From NCBI GenBank assembly GCA_965112155.1, contig OZ218099.1: a stretch of 64,000 nt of DNA. The stretch is one strand, 5' to 3'. Source of the DNA: Podarcis liolepis (taxonomy: Eukaryota). Below the pieces are notes generated by a model. The model saw only the letters and a program-made list of their open reading frames with translations, made no database searches and was not told the DNA's origin. The translations under genes and the position numbers were made by a program. Below are positions 47,901-58,000 of the stretch, piece by piece. Each line of letters starts with the position of its first letter. The first letter of the stretch is position 1.

Positions 47901-50519
47901 ATAGTAGCCATGTTCTCTCCTTTTTTTGGTATTCATGACAAAGGACAAAGAACCTTGGGCAGGTGGGAAAGAATGCATGTTACAAAACAACATATCGTCA
48001 ATGTCCATAAGATCTGTTGTGATCCAGATTATACCCTGATATTCCCTCACTTGAGGAATGCTTTGTAAAATCATGATTGGATAAATTCCATGTTCAGAGT
48101 CCCCATAATAAACAAACACCTTGACTTTTCTCAAGTCCGAAGCTTTACAATGTAAGGATGACATTTGTCGCAAGGTCAAAATCCGAAATTTTTCCAAGAA
48201 AGCAACACAAATCCCACAGTGGATCAGCGGAGGTGTGAAAGCACTCAGGAACCTTTCTCCATTGTCATTGTCTGGAACAAAGAGACCGATCCACGTCCAC
48301 CCGAAATGCAACAACAACTTGACAATCCCCATGTGCTGGGTTTCTTCTTTGGGGATCATCCGGTAGATAAAAGGGAACTGAGTTTTGTCATTCAGATCCT
48401 GAGCAGCAGAGCCAAAACTGATCTAGTAAAAATAGGATTGGTGTCATGTTTTCATGAATACACACGAAGGGTCCCATCACATGATCAGGCCAAAGGCTCA
48501 AATAACCAGATGCTTACAGGATGCCTGCCATGCCTCTGATGGATTAATCCTGTTCAGAAGAGGACCTGGAGCTTACAGAGAAGGAAGTGGCTCCAATGGA
48601 CATTGAGACAGAATATCAGGAGCCCTCAGGGGTCTTGGCACTCCAACCTCTTCCTACAGTCACAATGTGCCACTACACAGAATGAGAGGCAGACGCTAAG
48701 CAGCTGCACAGTCTGAAGGAGTGCAAGCACTTAAACCTCTATGTTCAGTTAGCTGTCAGACATCCACTGGTCTTCCTGAGAAACAAGAACTCATTAGCAG
48801 CCAGGGGCTACCGTCAACTACATCTTCCTATTGACAGTCTGGGGAGGGAGACAGAAAGAGGCGGAGGGTTTTCTAAATCGCTTTCCACATTCTTAAAATG
48901 TGATTCCCCGCCCCCTTTGGTTTCTCTTTTTGGGTGCTTTTCTTTTGTGTTCCCTGGAAAAAATAGGTGCTTAGGATATTGCTGAAGCACATCTCCCATC
49001 AGTCTGCACAAACATGGTTACAAATAATGGTTGTCTTTGTAGTTTAGAAACTTCTGGGGCATGAAGGGGTTCCTCACCACTGCTGGAGAGACAGCAAAGA
49101 GGAATGAAGCATAATTGATCTCTTCTCTTCCAATTCCTACCTGCGCCATTTTGTAGATGCCCAACATGCTTGAAATCTGGCTGGGGATTTCAGAAGAAGT
49201 TGCTTCAAAAACAGCCAACACTTTATTCTGTCTTCCACAGCTGTAGTTTGGAATACTGTCTAGCATGGCATCGGCAGTTGTCCTGACATCAAAAGCGGCC
49301 TCATAGATGCTATAGCCCAGAGTGACATTGGCTAAATGCTTAAGATGCCGGGTGATCTCCTGGGTTGCAAACAAGATGGAGAGGACTGGTGTGGTGTCCC
49401 ATGCTGACCAACTGCAAATAAATGAATACACGAAAAATCATTTTAGCCTCCTATTCCCCATTAAATGAAAACAACTTGCAACACTCCTTGATCTATAAGA
49501 ATATCAGAAGAGCCTGCTGGTTTTATATCTAACGGGCCAAACTCTGCAGCTAGGAAGGAGCAGAATCTTACCCAGATTCACCAAGAAAGAAAGGAGTAGC
49601 ATTTTAGAGAACTTGAGCTGGGGTGAATTAGACTGAAATGATCAGTTAAAGTTTCTTAAGTGCAGAGACTTGTTAGGAACTCTTTAGAGGATGAGAAGAT
49701 ATGAAAGAGAGAAATGCGCTCTCTTGAGCTACCCACCTTAACTTCTGAGGGTGGTGGAACTACCTAGTAAGATTCCTATACTGATTTGAATGTTCCATAG
49801 AGTTTAAAGGGAAGGAGGTGGTATCCTTACATTCTGATTTTTACACTTTCTTTGATCCACAAATGCAAGATTGCACAGTGCATTTAATACTTACTTAAGA
49901 TACAATGTAATCCAAATACACCCAAGACCACATGGGACTTTTAATTTAGATGGTTCTCTTTGGAATACAGGAACAGGGGAAGCTGTCAAAGGCATTTTAT
50001 ACTTGACTAGGTAGAAACACACTTTTTGCATAAGAATACAAAATGAGACATGAGATGATCAACTGTGCTTTGTATTAATGAAACTCCAAAATAGTGAAAC
50101 GGTTCAGAATTAGCCTCTCTGTCAGCAGGATGCCAAGGGGTCACTAGGCACTTTGTTGCTGATTCTCAATCCCCAAATCTTCTTCCAAAGGCAATAGAGG
50201 GGCAAAGGAGATAGAAGGTTTTTATCAGGGATGGCCAGATATTAAATGGTGTCCCTGACAAACAGCCATAAATGTGAATGAAGGCTGGGTAACATAAAGT
50301 CACTTACGTCATAACAGTGTTTTTGGGAGGGGTGGAGAACTTGAATGGGTAAGTTCTATAAGCTCTTGGAAATATGACCCCACTAATGAGGTGGTCTCCT
50401 GGCCTGAAATAATTCAGCGGATCACTTTCCTCATTTAGGTTCAATGGGCATTTGGCTTTCAGCATCCCACAGGCTCCATGGGGCATAAGCAGCACAAATA
50501 GCAGCAGCACTAATATCAT
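41437..50519 (-). CDS. V2R: V2R gene D, intact (848 aa), most divergent paralog
   Basis: Exons 50519-50308, 49411-49141, 48422-47628, 46804-46577, 44300-44174, 42350-41437; all GT-AG; in-frame 30-bp deletion in exon 3. Confidence 0.93.
42477..43488. mobile_element. Non-autonomous hAT element in V2R-D intron 5
   Basis: Perfect 8-bp TSD GTCTGGAG (42469-42476, 43489-43496); TIR caggggtccccaaac / gtttgaggacgctag. Confidence 0.85.
44174..44300 (-). CDS. V2R: V2R-D exon 5
   Basis: [15 protein letters not shown]...CCYDCAPC, 127 bp. Confidence 0.9.
44603..44852. mobile_element. Second Tc1/mariner-type MITE family in V2R-D intron 4
   Basis: TIR cagtagaacctctact / agtagaggttccactg, TA duplication; absent in A, C and E. 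Confidence 0.85.
44904..44948. repeat. (AAT)n microsatellite
   Basis: About 15 AAT units. Confidence 0.95.
45440..45612 (+). mobile_element. tRNA-head squamate SINE (MIR/Squam-like); shorter internally deleted copies near 4235-4335, 30330-30435 and 59375-59480
   Basis: Degenerate A/B boxes, gaccttgggccaatcac, cagggttgttgtgagg. Confidence 0.55.
45617..46515. mobile_element. Rearranged DNA transposon remnant, Chapaev3/CMC-like transposase fragments
   Basis: Motifs [40 protein letters not shown] (minus strand) and [25 protein letters not shown] (plus strand); TIR-like cattggggaacaa (45918) / ttgttccccagtg (46515). Family name is from memory of these motifs. Confidence 0.7.
46577..46804 (-). 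CDS. V2R: V2R-D exon 4
   Basis: 228 bp open. Confidence 0.9.
47628..48422 (-). CDS. V2R: V2R-D exon 3
   Basis: 795 bp open. Confidence 0.9.
49141..49411 (-). CDS. V2R: V2R-D exon 2
   Basis: 271 bp, AG/GT. Confidence 0.9.
50308..50519 (-). CDS. V2R: V2R-D exon 1
   Basis: [15 protein letters not shown]...; donor gtaagt. Confidence 0.85.
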
Positions 50520-51531
50520 CCTGGCTATGCCTGCAAGAGTCATACACTCTTGTGACAGCAGTGACATTAGAAGCACAGCTGGATTCTTACAGTAGCTTCA
50601 GAAGCAAAGGTGGAAAAAGGAAACCTCACACAGAAACAAGCCCTGCCAGCCCCAAATCTCTCAGGCCTGGCTTCTCATATTTATGACCCAGTTCTTCTTT
50701 CAGGCTTGTGACAATAAGTTATCTGATTCTGCCTGTGATTCTGATGCTTATGTGATTTGTGGACTCCAAGGCCACCATTGGCGAAATCCCTGGAGTATGT
50801 AAATTATCATGATTTTTATAATTATCAAGTTAAGAATGTCGACCTGCTCTGCAAATCCCTGGAATCGGTGTGTGACTCAATGGGCAGCTGCAGAGCCAAA
50901 GCAAAACATGTTTGTGAGAACTCAAAGATGGGACTGTCAATCTGGGTCCTGCTAAACCTGAGGAAACATTAACTTCAGTAAAGTCCAAGAAACTACAGAA
51001 TAGCTATGATGGACCAAGACCAGCAAGGCAGGACATGATAGAGGTGTATAAAGTCCTGCATGGTGTGAATAATATGGATAGGAAAAGTTTTCCTCCCTCC
51101 CAGTAATAGTACTAGAAGTTTGGCCTTTAAGCGGGAATTTAAACCCTTGTGTTCTAGGCCCCAGTCCAACTCCCTGATCACTACACCACACTGCCTCAGA
51201 ACTATAGATTCACTGGCATCCAGTGGAGTTCTCGAACACAGAGATAAGTCATGAGATACTCACATGAGCTAATAAGTTCGGGTTCATGAGACAACACAAC
51301 CAGCTCACTGCTTCATTGGATTTATACAGTAGCAATAATATATGGCCTTAGCTTAATAATATACAGGTATGTAGTAACAGCCAACTAGAGATTCAATTCT
51401 AATTCAATTCAGCTTCCAGTGACGCTGAGTGTTGGAAGAGTCAGGACAGAGAAATCTGTTAGAGACCTTGAAGACAGTTATGGATATTAGAATTTTGTGA
51501 GTTATGCTGAAGTCCTTCTCCTTCTCCTTAG

Positions 51532-52394
51532 ATGCAAAGCATTGCACAAGATGCCCAGAAGATCAGCATGCAAATCAAGCGCGAGACAAATGTGTCCCCA
51601 AGACTATAACATTTCTCACTTATGAAGAACCCTTGGAGATTGTCCTGGTTTCCTTTGCTCTCTTCTTGTCCTTGACCACTGGTGTTGTCCTAGGAATCTT
51701 CATTAAATACATGGAAACTCCCATAGTCAAAGCTAACAATCGGGACTTATCCTATATACTCCTTATCTCCCTCCTGCTTTCCTTTTGGTCCTCCTTCCTG
51801 TTCATCGGCCGGCCAAGTAAAGTGACCTGCCTTCTCCGACAAACAGCATTCAGCATCATATTTTCATTTGCGGTTTCCTCTGTGTTGGCAAAAACCATCA
51901 CTGTGGTGCTGGCTTTCCTGGCTACAAAGCCAGGGAACAAGATGAGGAGATGGCTAGGGCAGAGTCTGGCCAACTCCATTGTCCTTTCCTGTTGTGGTAT
52001 GCAAGCTGTCATCTGCACCATCTGGCTGGGAATCTCCCCATCCTTCCCAGACTCGGACATGCACTCCCAAGCTGCGGAGATCACCCTTCTATGCAATGAA
52101 GGATCTGTTGCCATGTTTTACACTGTCCTTGGCTACATGGGCTTCCTGGCTGCAATTTGCTTCACAGTAGCTTTCCTAGCCAGTAACCTTCCAGGGTCCT
52201 TCAATGAAGCCAAGCTGATCACATTCAGCATGCTGGTCTTCTGCAGTGTTTGGGTGTCCTTTGTGCCCACCTACCTGAGCACCAAGGGAAAGTACATGGT
52301 GGCTGTGCAGGTCTTCTCCATCTTGGCCTCCAGTGCTGGGCTTCTGGGCTGCATCTTCCTTCCCAAGTGCTACATTATCATCCTCTGTCTTTGA
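51532..52394 (+). pseudogene. V2R: Orphan V2R exon 6 (7TM only, C-terminal tail truncated), D-like
   Basis: ORF 51504-52394. Only about 60 bp of intron 5 precede it and no exons 1-5 lie upstream on this strand. It ends CYIIIL|CL* at a junction with an inverted LTR fragment. Confidence 0.88.
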
Positions 52395-53832
52395 GCTCTT
52401 TGCTCTCCTACTTTCAAGGCTTGCCAGGTTCTAGGAGATGGAGGGTCCTGGATGCTTTCTAATGACTTCAACCAGCTGCCATTCCACCTTTTCATCATCT
52501 GCCACGAATACCCACAGCATTAAGCCTGGGTCTGACTGTTAACTGTCTCTCACTTTGCTGGGGTTTGAAGCTCATTCTGTCTGTGACATCATACACTGAT
52601 GTCACAATGATACATCTGCATTCATCCATGGTAACGTCACTGGCCAATAAACTCCTGCAACTAGGTCACCAGCAGTCTGGCTCTCCAGCAAACCTAATGT
52701 TTTAGTTCATAGCCTGAGCATGAAGAAGAATATGGAGATCATTGGGGGGTTGGGCTGAGTGTTTACCAGTGTGCGGACGATACACAGCTATACCTCTCTT
52801 TTAAGTCGGAACCAGTGAAGGGGGTGAAGGTCCTGTGTAGTATCTGGAGATGGTTGGAGGATGTATGGTGGCCAACAGATTGAGCTCCATCTGGTAGGCC
52901 ATCTGAGACCCTACATACCCACAGACTGTCTTGCCAGAGTAGTGCATGCTCTAGTTATCTCCCACTTGGACTACTGCATTCAGGTAGGTAGCCATGTTGG
53001 TCTGAAGCAGCTGAAATAAATAAAAATATTTTTTTTAAATGTCCAGTAGTACCTTAGAGACCAACTAAGTTTGTTCTGGGTATAAGCTTTCGTGTGTTAA
53101 GTTGTGGGTGAACATATCAGACGACACAGCGATTCTTCAAACAGCTCTTGTTGTGGGTGGGGTATAAATATTAAAATAGTTGTTGCTGTTTTGATTATAA
53201 AATATGCTTTTAGTTTTTAAAAAATCAATGAAAACACAATGGTGCTGTTTCATTTATTTTACACCTCTAGTGGGTCTATAATCTGATTCGTTCTTAATGT
53301 GCTCCAGAAGCAGAAATACCATTGGGAAAGCTTCTCCTAGCATGCAAAGACAGTGTGAGGATGACCCACTAAACTGAATGGGAATTCTGAGTAGAGATGC
53401 TAGGATTGCACTGTTGGCATTATGGGGAACTTTTACCCATACACAGATTGACAGGCCCATCAGTGAGTTCTTACAAAAAGCAATTTCCCCAGTGGTTCAA
53501 AGAGCAATAGAACCTCAACAGCTGAAGGCCTCATTTGCAAGCAGTGAGAGTCACTTCAGAAGGTTCAACATCTTCAAGAATCTGCCCCAAACTCCACTAA
53601 CACCTGCAGTAAAACACACTGTTTTTGAATGTATAATGGATGGTTACATACTGGACACCATAGATAACACTGATGTTAATAGCCTTCCTCAGCCCAACTA
53701 TGTATGATTGAAATTCTTCCAGGGAAGGAGCAATCTTCAAGGTCTATAAGAGATTTCTCTCTCCTGACTCTTTCAACATTCAGCTCCATTGGAAGCCAAA
53801 TTGAATTGACTCCCTAGTTGGCTGCTAATATA

Positions 53833-54047
53833 CAGTGGTACCTCAGGTTAAGAACTTAATTCGTTCTGGAGGTCCTTTCTTAACATGAAACTGTTCTTAA
53901 CCTGAGGTACCACTTTAGCTAATGGGGCCTCCTGCTGCCACTGCGCAATTTCTGTTCTCATCCTGAAGCAAAGTTCTTAACCCGAGGTACTATTTCTGGG
54001 TTAGCGGAGTCTGTAACCTGAACCGTCTGTAACCCGAGGTACCACTG
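53833..54047. mobile_element. Tc1/mariner MITE upstream of V2R-E
   Basis: Paralogous to 9355-9569, inverted. Confidence 0.9.
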
Positions 54048-54482
54048 TATTACTAAGCCAAGGGCAGATATCATTGCTACTGTATAAAGCCAATTGACCA
54101 CTCAGCACTAACTTCTATTATCTCATGTGAGTATCTCATGGCTTATCTCTGTGTTAGAGACCTCCATTGGATGCCAATGAATCTATAGTTCTGAGGCAGT
54201 GTGGTGTAGTGATCAGGGAGTTGGACAGGGGCCTAGGACACAAGGGTTTAAATTCCCGCTTAAAGTCCAAACTTCTAGTATTATTACTGGGAAGGAAGAA
54301 AACTTTTTCCTATCCATATTACCCACAGCATGCTTATAAACCTCTATCATGTCCCGCCTTGGTCCATTATAGCTATTCTATAGTTTCTTGGACTTTACTG
54401 GTCAATGTTTCCTCAAGTTTAGAAGAGCCCAGATTGAGAGTCCCATCTTTGAGTTCTCACAAACATGTTTTGCTCTGGCTCT

Positions 54483-54700
54483 GCAGCTGCCCATTGAGTC
54501 ACACACCGATTCCAGGGAGTTGCAGAGGAGGTGGACCTTCTTAACCTTATAATTATCAAAATCATGGTGATTTGTTTATCTAGTCCAGGGATTTCCCCAA
54601 CGATGGCCTTGGAGTCCACAAATTACATAAGCATCAGAATCACAGGCAGAATGAGATAACTTATTGTCACAAGCCTGCAAGAAGGACTGGGTCATAAATA
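54483..54700 (+). promoter_or_regulatory. Putative V2R proximal promoter module (paralogous at 8682-8898, about 22981-23197, 34589-34806, 50678-50891)
   Basis: GCAGCTGC E-box, TGAGTCA, TTCCAGGGAG O/E-like site, TAATTA, GGGATTTCCCC and TATA-like CATAAATA about 160 bp before the ATG. Confidence 0.4.
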
Positions 54701-54858
54701 TCAGAAGCCTCGCCTGAGACATTTGGGGCTGGCAGGGCTTGTTTCTGTGGGAGGTTTCCTTTTTCTACCTCTGCTTCTGAAGCTACTGTAGGAGTCCAGC
54801 TGCGCTTCTAATGTGACTGCTGTCACAAGAGTGTATGATTCTTGCAGGCATAGCCAGG

Positions 54859-55070
54859 ATGATATTTCTGCTGCTGCTGTTTCTGCTGCTAATGCCCCAT
54901 GGAGCCAGTAGGATGCTGAAAGCAAAATGCCCATTGAACCTATATATGGAATCTGATCCGTTGAATTATTACAGGCCAGGAGACCACCTCATTAGTCAGG
55001 TCATATTTCCAGCATTTTATAGAACTTACCCACTCAACTTTTTCCGGCATCCCGAAAACACTGTTAAGAC
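54859..55070 (+). CDS. V2R: V2R-E exon 1
   Basis: [15 protein letters not shown]...TVK AC|gtaagt. Confidence 0.85.
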
Positions 55071-58000
55071 GTAAGTGACTTTATGTTACCCAGTCTGCAT
55101 TCACATTTATTGCTGTTTTCCAGAGGCAGCATCTAATGTCTGCCCATCCCTAATTAAACTTTCTCTCTCCGTTGCCCCCCTATTGCCTTTCGAATTAGAT
55201 TTGGGGATTGAAAGTCAGCATTGAAGTACCCAGTGACCCCTTAATATCCTGCAAAAAGAGAGTTTAATTCTGAATCCTTTCCCTTTTTTGGGCTACAGTT
55301 TCCTTAATAAAAGGGCAGCATCTAAAGCACAATTGATCATCTCATGTCCTTCTTCCTGGGAAGCTCTTTCTGAACTGCTCCATATAAAGATAACACATTA
55401 AAGGAAAATTTGGCTTTTTAATATATTTTTATGCAAAAAGGGTGTTTCTTCCTGGTCAATAATTACATGCCTTTGCAGAGCTTCCCCTATTCCCAACAGA
55501 ACTGTCTAACTTAAATGTCTCATTTGGTGTTGGGTGTATTTGGATTGCATCATGCTAATCTTGCAATTGGGGATCAAAGAAAGTGTAAAAATCAGAATGC
55601 AAGGTGACCACCTCCTTCCCTTCAGACTCGCTGGAACGCTCAAATCAGTATAGGAATCTTACGAGGTAGTTCCACCAGACTCAGAAGTTAAGGTGGGTAG
55701 ACCAAGAGAGGGCATTTCTCTTTCATATCTTCTCATCTTGTAAATAGTTCTTGCCAACTTAAGGAACTCTAAATTGCAATCTAATTCACCCCAGCTCAAG
55801 CTCTCCTAAATGCTACTCCTTTCTTTGTTGGTGGATCTGGGCAAGATTCTGCTCCTTCCTAGCTGCAGAGTTTCCCGTTAGATATAACTTGTATAGAGCA
55901 AGGAGTTGTTTTCATTTAATGGAGACTGGAAGGCTAAAACGATTTTTCGTGTATTGATTTATTTGCAGTTTTTCAGCAAATGACACCTCAGCAGTCCTCT
56001 CCATCTTGTTTGCAAGCCAGGAGATCACCCGGCATCTTAAGCATTTAGCCAATGTCACCCTGGGCTATAGCATCTATGAGGCCGCTTTTGATGTCAGGAC
56101 AACTGCCGATGCCATGCTAGACAGTATTCCAAGCTACAGCTGTGGAAGAAAGAATAATGTGTTGGCTGTTTTTGAAGCAACTTCTTCTGAAATCCCCCAC
56201 CTTATTTCAAGCATGTTGGGCATCTACAAAATGCCGCAGGTAGGAATTGGAAGAGAAGAGATCAGTTATGTTTCATTCCTCTTTGCTGTCTCTCCAGCAG
56301 TGGTGAGGAACCCCTTCATGCTCCAAGAAGTTTCTAAACTGCAAAGCCAACCATTTTGTCAATTAGCCATGCTTTTGCAGACTGATGGGATTTCTACTTC
56401 AGCAATATTCTAAGGGCCAATTTTTCCAAGGAACACAAAAGAAAAGCACCCAAAAAGAGAGACTAGGGGGGAAGGAATCACATTTTTAGAATGTGGAAAG
56501 CAATTTAGAAAACCCTCAGCCACTTCCTGTCTCCCTCCCCAGACTGTCAATAGGAAGATGTAGTTGACAGTAGCCCCTGGCTCCTAATGAGTTCTTGTTT
56601 CTCAGGAAGACCAGTGGCTGTCTGGCACTAACTGAACACAGAGGTTTAAGTGCTTGCACTCCTCCAGATTGTATAAATGCTTAGCAGTGCTATTTCTGTG
56701 GAGATGCAGGGAGACGCATAGCCCTAAACATTTTGTGAAACTACCAGGAGAAGAAACTACAATTTTTTTTAGTTTCTTCTCTAGCATTGTAAATCGTCAG
56801 TTCAATTGAATAGCATCATGAATCATCAGTTTCGTTGCTACCCCCAATGGCGGCTTCCTTTCCTTTCCCAGTGTTTCCTGAGTAGAAGATGGAAGCGAAA
56901 GTACCCCTAAACATATTTTTTAGAAAAAAGCACTGCTGTTTAGCATCTGCCTCTCATTCTTTGCATTGTGACTCTCGGAAGAGTTTGGGGTACCATGACC
57001 CCTGAAGGCCCCAGATGCCCTGGTCTGTCTCAGTGTCCATTGGAGCCACTTCCTTCTCTGTAAGCTCCAGGTCCTCCACTGAACAGGATTCCTCCATCAG
57101 AGGCATGGCATGCATCCCATAAGCCTCTGGTTAGCTACTGTGAGAAGATTGGCCTTTGCCTGATCATGCAGTGAGGCCTTTCTTGTGTATTCCTGAAACC
57201 CTGACACCAATCCTTTTCATACTAGATCAGTTTTGGCTCAGCTGCTCATGATCTGAGTGACAAAACCCAGTTCCCTTTTATCTACCGGATAGTCCCCAAA
57301 GAAGAAACACAGTACATGGGGATTGTCAAGTTGTTGCTCCATTTTGGGTGGACGTGGATCGGACTCTTTGTTCCGGACAATGACAATGGAGAAAGGTTCC
57401 TGAGTGTCTTCACCCTTCTGATGATCCGCAGTGGGATTTGTGTTGCTTTCTTGGAAAAAATTCATATTTCCACCCTGGGACAAATGTCATCCTTACATTG
57501 TAAACCATCTGATTTGGGACAAGTCAAGGTGTTTGTTTATTATGGGGACTCTGAGCACAGAATTTATCCAATCATGATGTTACAAAGAATTCAGGAAGTG
57601 AGGAAATCTCAGGGGATAGTCTGGATCACAACAGATCTTCTGGACATTGATGAGATGTTGTTTGGTGGCACAGATTACTTCCAGCCTGCCCAAGGTTCTT
57701 TGTCCTTTGTAATGAATACCAAAAAACGGACAGAACATGGCTACTATACTCAACTTTCATTTGAAGCTACAGCTGCAGCTGCAGAGTTTTGGTCAAGAGC
57801 ATTCAGTTGTACATGTTCAAACAATGTGCTATCCGTGGAGGGTTGGACAAAATGCACAGAAAAGGAAACATTGGAAACTTTGTCCCAGAAGGAGATGGGG
57901 GCAATCTGGTCTCAAGACCGCTACAGCACTTACTACGGCATCCAGTTTGTGGCCCAAGCCTTAAATGTCGCATATTCATCCAGATCCAAATGGATGTTAA

